Shown here piece by piece: positions 17,150 to 24,116 of a stretch of DNA of 24,116 bases. Made by a program: the position numbers and the translations under genes. The notes under the pieces were generated by a model that worked only from the letters and a program-made list of their open reading frames with translations, did no database searches and was not told the origin of the DNA. Numbering within the stretch: the first letter of the stretch is position 1; every line of letters begins with the position of its first letter. Source of the DNA: a virus (taxonomy: Duplodnaviria; Caudoviricetes); IMG/VR virus record IMGVR_UViG_3300014208_000126, positions 1 through 24,116 of that record; one strand, 5' to 3'.

Positions 17150-17437
17150 TTATGTACGCAAAGGTCGAGATGCTGACGACCCTCGTGGCTTTTGGCTCGC
17201 AGGGAGTACCTCTAGGGGGGAGGCTATAGGCTGCGGCTTACCTGTAGGTTTCAACGCCTTATATGCTGGCTTCGTCATATTATCGTCACACTTAGTTTTT
17301 GTTTTATCCTTACAAAGTCTTGTCATTACGCTCTTTATCTCGCGTGTATACATCTTATCCGCATGTTTCGCCCTCTTGCGATGCATATATCTCAACGTCT
17401 TTAATTCATCTAAATAAGCTCTAAGTTCTTTACTCAT
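17150..17437 (-). CDS. Hypothetical basic protein (95 aa); its 3' end overlaps the predicted cos
   Basis: GGAG RBS; the start overlaps the end of the 191-aa gene. Confidence 0.5.
   Translation of the reverse strand: MSKELRAYLDELKTLRYMHRKRAKHADKMYTREIKSVMTRLCKDKTKTKCDDNMTKPAYKALKPTGKPQPIASPLEVLPASQKPRGSSASRPLRT
17166..17211 (-). other. Predicted cos site: cosQ-like AGGTACT, 23 nt, then cosN 12-mer GGTCGTCAGCAT flanked by CGAG/CTCG
   Basis: Lies upstream of terS, has dyad flanks, and the spacing equals that in lambda (GGGTCCT-23 nt-GGGCGGCGACCT). Confidence 0.65.
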
Positions 17438-18005
17438 TAAAATTAAACTCCAATTGTATATGTTTTACGGGTTTACTCATAGGCTTTATATCGGCTAGAA
17501 TCTGCTTAGTCCTTTGCTTCAGGGTTTTACATACTTCCTGAAGGAAGCAGAAATAACTTGAATCATTCTGCATAATGGTCAGTCTGGCAACCGTATCTAT
17601 CTCCACTATCCTGGCCCTATGACGGCCAATCAGACGAGGTTCTATTTGCAGTCCATTATCAAGCGTACAGCCACGCATGACGCGTGTAATATCATCGTAG
17701 GTCAATTCTGGATAGAGCGTCTTTATACAGATATAATCAAACGCGATTGGCTCTTTTAGGCGGATGTGAAACAACTCTTTGATTGCATATTTAAGGGCAG
17801 CACACTTTGAAAGTGATTGCACTTTGCGGGGAATGGGAGTTCCTGAAGAGATAAATGTATTCTCAATATCTTCCAGACATTTTCCAGAAGCTTCATTATT
17901 ACATGATAAGGCACGGTCTATCGCATCATAATCAAATTCTATGGATGATTCCCTAGAATCAAAGAGATCGTTTATTTTTGAAGGCGTTCCAACCATCTTT
18001 GGCAC
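17430..18005 (-). CDS. Hypothetical protein, candidate late-transcription regulator (191 aa)
   Basis: GTG start with an AAGGGA RBS; helix-turn-helix-like YPELTYDDITRVM; lies just before the packaging genes. The function is inference only. Confidence 0.45.
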   Translation of the reverse strand: MPKMVGTPSKINDLFDSRESSIEFDYDAIDRALSCNNEASGKCLEDIENTFISSGTPIPRKVQSLSKCAALKYAIKELFHIRLKEPIAFDYICIKTLYPELTYDDITRVMRGCTLDNGLQIEPRLIGRHRARIVEIDTVARLTIMQNDSSYFCFLQEVCKTLKQRTKQILADIKPMSKPVKHIQLEFNFNE

Positions 18006-18020
18006 CTTGTATCCCTTGCG

Positions 18021-18045
18021 GTATTACGGTATTACATAGTAATAC
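18021..18045. promoter_or_regulatory. Operator-like repeats GTATTAC-g-GTATTAC-ata-GTAATAC
   Basis: Two direct and one inverted heptamer in the 49-bp gap upstream of the 191-aa gene. Confidence 0.5.
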
Positions 18046-18054
18046 ATATTTCAA

Positions 18055-18576
18055 TTATTTTTTAAGGTAAACCTCAGATTTGAACTCCTTATGTTTTTTA
18101 GCTTCACGGATTAAGTTGAGAATTTTAATCCTGATTTCCAAAAGCCTGCTTATCTTTTCCCAGTCAGCAAACGGCTTGTAAGATAAGCCAGCATCAAACT
18201 TAAGAGGGCAACCCAAAGCGGCATCGTCAATGTAAATATTCGCATAGACTTTAGGGCTATCGGACCATGCCTTTTGTTCCGGATTGCTGTTTATCCCGTA
18301 AAAAATAAGCCCCATTGATTTACAAAAATCAATAGCGGCAGTTAATTCACTGCCGCTCCTTATTGTATTCAGTATGATAAGTGCGCCCATGTCCTGGAGT
18401 CTATTCAATACATCAAATGCCCCGATATCTTTGCCGATAAGCGGATAAGCATGGGTGACTATAGTACCGTCAAAATCAACGGCAATTAATAGTTTCCCTT
18501 TGTTTTTTTTAACTTTTTCAGATTCTACTGTGAATTCATTAAATACTTGTGGAGGTAAAATTTGCCTTGTTTCCAT
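18055..18576 (-). CDS. HAD-superfamily hydrolase (BT0820-like phosphatase)
   Basis: IAVDFDGTIV (motif I), T.R, and SPKVYANIYIDD (motifs III/IV). Confidence 0.88.
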   Translation of the reverse strand: METRQILPPQVFNEFTVESEKVKKNKGKLLIAVDFDGTIVTHAYPLIGKDIGAFDVLNRLQDMGALIILNTIRSGSELTAAIDFCKSMGLIFYGINSNPEQKAWSDSPKVYANIYIDDAALGCPLKFDAGLSYKPFADWEKISRLLEIRIKILNLIREAKKHKEFKSEVYLKK

Positions 18577-18597
18577 AACAATCCTTTCAGTTTTATT

Positions 18598-18855
18598 TTA
18601 TAAACAACATCTCTTATATTTTTTTCCGCTGCCGCATGGACAAAGTGCATTTCGCGCAATTTTTGGTATGTTTTTCTTTAAAATTCCAGATTCATTTGAA
18701 ATAAATCGCAAAGATGCCTGAGGAACGGAATCTGCGGCTGTGATTCCATCCCATTCATATCCAATACAGTCGACATTGCATGTTTGCAGCTTTGGATTAT
18801 GTCCGCATCCTCCATTTTTTTTGCTTGTTTTACAACTTCTTTCTCCCCAACTCAT
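18598..18855 (-). CDS. SEC-C motif metal-binding protein
   Basis: C-terminal RNALCPCGSGKKYKRCC, plus an N-terminal Cys cluster. Confidence 0.85.
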   Translation of the reverse strand: MSWGERSCKTSKKNGGCGHNPKLQTCNVDCIGYEWDGITAADSVPQASLRFISNESGILKKNIPKIARNALCPCGSGKKYKRCCL

Positions 18856-19667
18856 ATCATCTCCTTTGGATACTCCCGTCTTCTCAAACTGTTCGGCGTT
18901 TTAGAATGCCAAGGCTCCTTAAAGAAGAATGGAACGCCAGCATCATCGCATTGGTCAGCAATGTTCACCGCCCATTCCCATTTCATTAACCTTGCCCCGG
19001 AGCCAGTCTCAGCGCCACATGCAATCCAGCCTATCTTCCTTGATGGACAAGTATCATTATCGCATCCATGGTTACCCCAATCAATACTGCCCCAGTCATT
19101 GCAAGCCTCTCGGGTACACAGCTTCTTACTGAAATCTATATTCCCCAGCAACGGCTCTATTGACACCCATCGGTTTATTCCTTCGATGTTTAACAGATAA
19201 GGAGCGCGTTCATCCCATTGCTTTTGATTCTCTACTGATATGCCGAACCATATGTTTTGAGGAATACGTTTTGCGAGCTTCTTGTAGCGTAGAATTGCCT
19301 GACGCATCCTATATTCGCGCTTTGTCAGAATAATGAACGTGTGCTTATCGGCAATGCCGCATACGTTGAAAACATCCTGAATCATGTAATCGGCTATTGC
19401 ATCATGGAACAAATCCCCCATGAACTGCACCCCGATCCGTTTGGATATGCGGCAAGACATCGGTTCATACAGTTCCTTTTCATCAATGAAAGGCTTTCTA
19501 ATTCCCGCATACGCTTCTCTTTTATCTTGTGGAATCTTAGGGTTTTGAGATAGGCGATTACACATTCTCAAGTGCCAACAGTTTTGACAGCCGGCAGATA
19601 CTGGCGTACAACGCATTGCTATTGGGTTCCACGTGTGGGTTAGATACTGGATTTCAGTCTTTTGCAT
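18852..19667 (-). CDS. Phage Gp37/Gp68 (DUF5131) family protein
   Basis: TWNP...CTPVSAGCQNCW, MGDLFH, ILTKR, WFGISVENQ, SIEPLLG, GAETG and VPFFFK motifs. Confidence 0.93.
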   Translation of the reverse strand: MQKTEIQYLTHTWNPIAMRCTPVSAGCQNCWHLRMCNRLSQNPKIPQDKREAYAGIRKPFIDEKELYEPMSCRISKRIGVQFMGDLFHDAIADYMIQDVFNVCGIADKHTFIILTKREYRMRQAILRYKKLAKRIPQNIWFGISVENQKQWDERAPYLLNIEGINRWVSIEPLLGNIDFSKKLCTREACNDWGSIDWGNHGCDNDTCPSRKIGWIACGAETGSGARLMKWEWAVNIADQCDDAGVPFFFKEPWHSKTPNSLRRREYPKEMI

Positions 19668-19668
19668 A

Positions 19669-20049
19669 TCAGCTCCTTTTCCCGCCGTGCCTATGGGGTC
19701 TTGTGGCGTTGAACATATGTTTAAGTTCTATTGCGGACCGAATATCCACGTTGAATTTTCGGGCTGTATCAAAAGCGCGGATTACGATATCCGCCAATTC
19801 TTCTTCAAAACATGTCAGCGACCTTATGCCGGCAACTGCCATTTTATAGGTTTTATCGCATGGTTCATGTAGTTGGTTGTTTCTCCATGCTTCATGCAAC
19901 TCGCTTACCTCGTTATGGAGGTTATTGCAGGCGCTTTCAATAAAAGCATCTTCGGTGATTGTTTCGGAATGCCAGCCTTTTTCCCATGCCAGTTTATGTA
20001 CTGCGTCCGCGATTTCATCCACTGTAATCATTTTCCCATTCTGCCCCAT
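19669..20049 (-). CDS. MazG-like nucleotide pyrophosphohydrolase
   Basis: HNEVSELHEAWR, EEELADIVIR and K..FN.TRPHRHGGK motifs. Confidence 0.85.
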   Translation of the reverse strand: MGQNGKMITVDEIADAVHKLAWEKGWHSETITEDAFIESACNNLHNEVSELHEAWRNNQLHEPCDKTYKMAVAGIRSLTCFEEELADIVIRAFDTARKFNVDIRSAIELKHMFNATRPHRHGGKRS

Positions 20050-20076
20050 AATCTTACCCTTTCATTTTTAATTATA

Positions 20077-20754
20077 TCAATACCCTTTTGCCCGGCATTC
20101 TTTGCAGGATTCGCATTCGCAGTCGGGTAATAATTTTTTAAACTCAATAACCCATACAAAAGGATTAACATCCCATCCAAAACCGCGATCTTCATTAAGT
20201 GAATTCCAGAGTTTTAAAAATGCAGTTCTCATACCCTTTGTAAAACCCATATGCCAAGCTTCAAGATCGTATATTATTCCCTCTGCCTGGCAGTCTTCTG
20301 GCGTTATATCCTGCAATTTCTCAGTATGAATATTGATAATTTCAAGTGTAATTCGGGAAGCCCATCTTGGCATATGGATTGACGGCCTAAATGGACCTTC
20401 ATCGCGATTATCGGCGGCATAGGATAATGAGCATTTTTCTGGTTTTTGTTTTGGAATAATTTTATACGGATATCCGATTTCATTTCCGCCTATATAGTCA
20501 TCATATGAAACATCATAAACATTCCACGTTTCCCTTACCCATAACCGATCCCCTGGCTTGCCATAAGGACACTTGATCCAATCATCCGCATACCTAAAGA
20601 GTAAGTTGGTGAGAATAGAATAATGATCATTTTTTATTGCGAATTGCAGTACTCTATTGAACTGCGGCTTTATTATCCGTCTTGTCTTGGTTTTCCTTTC
20701 TTCAAGAATAGCGCGGATCATTTGAGTACTGAATAAAATCGGAGATTCTTTCAT
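20077..20754 (-). CDS. ASCH/PUA-like phage protein (225 aa from MKESPILF)
   Basis: PILFS..M.RAIL..RKT.TRR, CPYGKPGDRLWVRETW, PSIHMPRWASRITLEI and NPFVWVIEF. Start revised from 20814 to the ATG at 20754. Confidence 0.85.
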   Translation of the reverse strand: MKESPILFSTQMIRAILEERKTKTRRIIKPQFNRVLQFAIKNDHYSILTNLLFRYADDWIKCPYGKPGDRLWVRETWNVYDVSYDDYIGGNEIGYPYKIIPKQKPEKCSLSYAADNRDEGPFRPSIHMPRWASRITLEIINIHTEKLQDITPEDCQAEGIIYDLEAWHMGFTKGMRTAFLKLWNSLNEDRGFGWDVNPFVWVIEFKKLLPDCECESCKECRAKGY

Positions 20755-20822
20755 TTTTCCGCCTTCCTTCCGCACTTGAGGCACACACCGTTCCAGATAA
20801 TCGAACACTTGCAATCTTTCAT
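20751..20822 (-). CDS. 23-aa Cys4 micro-protein MKDCKCSIIWNGVCLKCGRKAEK
   Basis: AAGGGA RBS; ATGA overlaps with both neighbouring genes; CxC...CxxC pattern. Confidence 0.55.
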   Translation of the reverse strand: MKDCKCSIIWNGVCLKCGRKAEK

Positions 20823-21004
20823 AATTCCCTTATTTCCTCCTTGATTTCCTTTAATGCCTTTGATGTTTTTTCAGCTTTTCTCTCTGTGTGGCTTCGATTA
20901 CCGTCGATATAACCTCCTGCACCAGGCGTTATGTCTTTTAATACGGCAATTGGCGAAGTGGCTACATCAATGGAAGCCACAAGTATTTTACCTAGCAGAC
21001 CCAT
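20819..21004 (-). CDS. Small hypothetical phage protein (61 aa)
   Basis: AGGAG RBS; amphipathic N-terminus. Confidence 0.7.
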   Translation of the reverse strand: MGLLGKILVASIDVATSPIAVLKDITPGAGGYIDGNRSHTERKAEKTSKALKEIKEEIREL

Positions 21005-21626
21005 AGTCCTCTCCTTTCATTTCGTTGTCTTTTTCAATTTCTATTTTCTCCATATTTTTTGATATTTTTATCAAATCCAGTAAGGCATGAAATTCCCGTA
21101 TATCCTTATGAGTTATTTTGAATTGTCGCATGGGTTTTTCATTGTATTCAGTTCCTTGGTCATTCTTATACTGACAGGCGTTTAAATAATTCTTTTTGTC
21201 GTTAAAACTCGTACATTTCAGCAAAATACTGGTTTTGCCGTCTTCGCTCCATGAAAACCATCGTCCTACATAAACACGTTCTGGAGTCTTGTTTACGCAT
21301 CCGAAACGCACCTCTCTGATTAAAAATGGTTTTCTTCCCCAATAATTTTCCATTGCGAGACAGGCCGACATATTGTAATTCTCCTTATCGCAACCACATG
21401 CAATCGCATAAAACTTCTCATTCGAAAAACCGTGACAGTAATATCCGCCCCCGATTGTCATTTCCTTGAAGTCGTCAAGGTGGAATTGAATGCCATATTT
21501 TATGCACAGCTCAACCACGTCTTGAGCACAATGATCAACACGTAGTCTTGACCTGTGCATCTGATAGCCCTGTTCCCAAATCACCTTTTTAAAAATCTCA
21601 ACTGCTGGACTTTCTTTTTTTCCCAT
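20988..21626 (-). CDS. Hypothetical protein (212 aa from MGKKESP; alternative start at 21665)
   Basis: AAAGGGG RBS before ATG 21626; long open frame within the operon. Confidence 0.65.
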   Translation of the reverse strand: MGKKESPAVEIFKKVIWEQGYQMHRSRLRVDHCAQDVVELCIKYGIQFHLDDFKEMTIGGGYYCHGFSNEKFYAIACGCDKENYNMSACLAMENYWGRKPFLIREVRFGCVNKTPERVYVGRWFSWSEDGKTSILLKCTSFNDKKNYLNACQYKNDQGTEYNEKPMRQFKITHKDIREFHALLDLIKISKNMEKIEIEKDNEMKGEDYGSAR

Positions 21627-21645
21627 AATTCCCCTTTCTTTCCGT

Positions 21646-21873
21646 CTACAGCAAAGACGGTTCATTTAGTTTTTCTTTTATGGCCAGCACTTCCAACTTC
21701 AGGAAGTACGGATAACGCCCACTCTCAATCGCCAGATTCGCGCTTTGCTTGACGAATGAATCACATCCGCATGCTGTCAATGCTTTCAGGCATTCATGCA
21801 GCTGCTTTGCGGTTAATTCGCTGAATGCCTGGTCAACACGGTCGGCCTCGGCCTGCTTGGCATAGCTTTTCAT
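21646..21873 (-). CDS. Hypothetical protein (75 aa)
   Basis: GAGGTG RBS; ATGA overlap with the radical SAM gene. Confidence 0.65.
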   Translation of the reverse strand: MKSYAKQAEADRVDQAFSELTAKQLHECLKALTACGCDSFVKQSANLAIESGRYPYFLKLEVLAIKEKLNEPSLL

Positions 21874-22745
21874 TTTACACCTCTGTGTTTATACCAAACC
21901 TGAAAATCAAAGAAATCCTTTGAGGCAAAAACGGCATGTGAATTGCTCCAGAAAGCCAATTTTATAAACTTCTCTTCATCTGCCGAATTGTGTATTTTGC
22001 TATCCCTCATAAGAAATGTCCTTTGACCATGTCTTTTGAGTATTAACAGCCTTTCCATTGCGGATTCAAAGCCGCCTGGCTCCGCATATACATACCAATG
22101 CGCTCGGTTTATCCCATTACGTTTTAATAATTCAATGCCGTTTTCCACGTGATTGCGCAAATTGATATTATCGAAGGAAAAGCGATACTCCTTATGTTTT
22201 ATGCTTTTCAATTCCTTGGCGATTTCATTTGTAAGTAGACGCACATCCAATCCTTGATTAAAATCCACTTTCAGATTTTCTTTTCTCAACTGTTCGCAGA
22301 TCATGAAGAAATGTTCAGGCAAGGCAAGAATATTGTTATCCAGCAGGGTTATTTCGCGGCTTTCTGCATCCCATAAGTCATAAATATCCCCAACAGCCTT
22401 AACCGTGCCTTCTTTTTGGGGAACAATGCAGAAAGAACAATTCCTGATGCAACCACGTGAAGTAAAACCAAGATTTATTTTTGGTTTCACTTTTTCAATT
22501 TCAGCCGGCAGTTTCACATTAAGTGAATATCCGCTTCCGCCTATTGTGGCTTTGGGATCCAACTCCCATTCTGAAAGTTTATGTCGATTGAACGTAAATA
22601 TGCAAGAGACATATATCTTTTCTGCCCAGTCTCTAAACATCGGATCATATTCAACTTGATCCCCACTTTCCCTGTGATATTTCTCAATCTTTGCAAGGGC
22701 AAAGTTTGGAATGGAAGAATCAATGTTGATAATCAAAATTTTCAT
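21870..22745 (-). CDS. Radical SAM protein
   Basis: TSRGCIRNCSFC (CxxxCxxC), LLDNN and FNQGLD.R; the N-terminal PN.AL.KI...GGSG domain resembles the cobalamin-binding-type subclass. Confidence 0.88.
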   Translation of the reverse strand: MKILIINIDSSIPNFALAKIEKYHRESGDQVEYDPMFRDWAEKIYVSCIFTFNRHKLSEWELDPKATIGGSGYSLNVKLPAEIEKVKPKINLGFTSRGCIRNCSFCIVPQKEGTVKAVGDIYDLWDAESREITLLDNNILALPEHFFMICEQLRKENLKVDFNQGLDVRLLTNEIAKELKSIKHKEYRFSFDNINLRNHVENGIELLKRNGINRAHWYVYAEPGGFESAMERLLILKRHGQRTFLMRDSKIHNSADEEKFIKLAFWSNSHAVFASKDFFDFQVWYKHRGVK

Positions 22746-23749
22746 TTTGACACCGCCTGTTCAAGTTTGAAATTAAACCGCGCCGATTCGTTCAATTTGG
22801 CTGGAACCCCTTCCTGTCGGAGATTCTTCACCTCGTGACAAATCATCGAAAACGCGCCTTCGCCGATCAAAGCCTTCGCCCTGCGATAATGGTTTAATGT
22901 TTTTTTATCCATGTCCACTTTGGCCAATTCCAGACAGTTCATATCGTCCTCATTTAATTCAGGCAGCGGCGGAGCCGTTCTCCTTTTATATTCCTCCGCT
23001 GATTTTCCACAGGCAATCCAGACCCGGTACAGCTTGCTTGCCTTGTGTTTTTCTTCCGTATTTTCTGTATTCTTCCCTTCTTTTCCGCTTCCTGTCGCGG
23101 CGAAGCCGTTAGGCGAAGCCGGATCCTGAAAAGAACTTTTCAAGTTCTCCGACAGAACCGATGGATTCGGATTCGGAGTCGAAGGTTTTGAGACGTAAGC
23201 CGATTGCGGCGGAAGCCGGCAACTCCCTGTTTTTATTCCATTTTCCCCACTGACGACTGACGACTGACGACCAGCGACTTCCCCGGTAGAACCGCTTTCT
23301 TTTGTCTCTCGTTTTTCTTTCGGAGAGTTATTACTCTCTTCTTTCGACTTCGCCTCCACCTTCGTGCGCGGTTGTCTGTCATTTGTCTGACACATGCCGG
23401 GCAACTGTCCGGCATCTGCCTGTATGTCGCCTGACGGATCGGGGTACTTGCTTTTCTCCGCCCGCACTCTCTGGTTGAATTTCTCGATCAGAATGAAAGG
23501 CTTGTCCGTTGCTTGGTAGACACGGATCAGTCCGGCTTTCTCGCACATGGCGATCCAGCGGGAAATGTCGGTGTCACGGATGCCGTCCTTCAGCGGAAAC
23601 AACGCAGAGCGTAGCAGGCGCGGATCGCCTGTAAACCTCCCGTAATCGTCGGCTTTCATTATCAACCGTGTGAAAAAAACCTCGGCTGGCCAGTCAAGGC
23701 CGTTCACCTTATATGAATCAGTCCAATCCCTTAAAACTCTTGTTGGCAT
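22742..23749 (-). CDS. Phage replication initiator / replisome organiser-like protein
   Basis: N-terminal MP.R.L....S....L...AE.FF.RLI..ADDYGR...P..L...LFPL wHTH pattern, SKYP.P and a low-complexity PNPNP linker. Confidence 0.8.
   Translation of the reverse strand: MPTRVLRDWTDSYKVNGLDWPAEVFFTRLIMKADDYGRFTGDPRLLRSALFPLKDGIRDTDISRWIAMCEKAGLIRVYQATDKPFILIEKFNQRVRAEKSKYPDPSGDIQADAGQLPGMCQTNDRQPRTKVEAKSKEESNNSPKEKRETKESGSTGEVAGRQSSVVSGENGIKTGSCRLPPQSAYVSKPSTPNPNPSVLSENLKSSFQDPASPNGFAATGSGKEGKNTENTEEKHKASKLYRVWIACGKSAEEYKRRTAPPLPELNEDDMNCLELAKVDMDKKTLNHYRRAKALIGEGAFSMICHEVKNLRQEGVPAKLNESARFNFKLEQAVSK
23091..23124. repeat. Palindromic mini-element in frame in the replication gene (CCTGTCGCGGCGAAGCCGTTAGGCGAAGCCGGAT)
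   Basis: GGCGAAGCCG occurs twice; GC-rich, encodes PASPNGFAATG. Confidence 0.45.
23249..23279. repeat. Heptamer tandem repeat (ACTGACG)x3 plus ACCAGCG in the replication gene
   Basis: Read directly from the sequence. Confidence 0.75.
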
Positions 23750-23751
23750 AT

Positions 23752-24116
23752 CTAGTTTTCCCTATTGTGATTTGGTTTCATGAATACCATCCAGTGAGTT
23801 TTTGCCGCCTTACCGCATCTCTGTCCGACAAGCGGCCGCTCAGGTGTGAGACTTAAAATCTGTGATACGGGAATATGAATTTCATTCCATTTGAAGATTA
23901 ATGTTCCTGATGGTTTTAAAACCCTGAAACATTCTGCAAAACCACATTTTAGCATATGTTTCCAATCACCTGCCAACTTGCCGTATTTCTGCACCTGCCA
24001 GCCATTTAAGCCGCCTCGTAGAAGGTGAGGCGGATCAAAAACAACCATTGAAAAACAACTGTCTAAAAATGGCAATGACGTGAAATCAGCTAGAATATCC
24101 GGCTCGACTTTTAAAA
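23752..24116 (-). CDS. SAM-dependent (DNA amino-)methyltransferase, partial (5' end off the right edge)
   Basis: Frame is open to the edge (..VEPDILADFTSLPF..); VVFDPPH catalytic-type motif, ECFRVLKPSGTLIFKW and THW..FMK. Confidence 0.88.
   Translation of the reverse strand, partial: LKVEPDILADFTSLPFLDSCFSMVVFDPPHLLRGGLNGWQVQKYGKLAGDWKHMLKCGFAECFRVLKPSGTLIFKWNEIHIPVSQILSLTPERPLVGQRCGKAAKTHWMVFMKPNHNREN

Noticed and set aside
7-23129. Plus-strand ORFs in the track (e.g. 4647-5270, 7257-7883, 12152-12793)
   Set aside because: They are antisense shadows of well-supported minus-strand genes and show no recognisable motifs.
1-24116. Alternative genetic code, introns or inteins
   Set aside because: Genes tile tightly under the standard code and use all three stop codons. 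TerL, portal and capsid have normal lengths.

Overview
A contiguous segment of a lambda-like (GpA terminase, cos-type) siphophage or prophage, with every credible gene on the minus strand. In transcription order (right to left) it holds a partial DNA methyltransferase, a replication protein and an accessory block (radical SAM, ASCH-like, MazG-like, DUF5131, SEC-C and HAD proteins). Next come a possible late regulator, a predicted cos site, TerS/TerL, a gpW-like adaptor, the portal, a ClpP protease with a nested scaffold, a cement/head-fibre fusion and the major capsid protein. The segment ends with neck and tail genes, a short tape measure, tail-tip proteins and a partial tail fibre that the ORF track missed. 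The strongest non-coding signal is a 17-bp motif, TCCCGAACAA-N4-GCT, found four times, each just upstream of a structural gene start. One copy is hidden inside clpP before the scaffold start, and another forms a hairpin over the next ribosome-binding site; together they suggest an uncharacterised late-promoter system. Also seen are a cos site with lambda-identical cosQ-cosN spacing, a -1 frameshift site in the tail chaperone gene, several REP-like mini-elements (intergenic, and in frame inside the replication gene) and a 23-aa Cys4 micro-ORF. All product calls come from motif recognition and synteny, not database searches.
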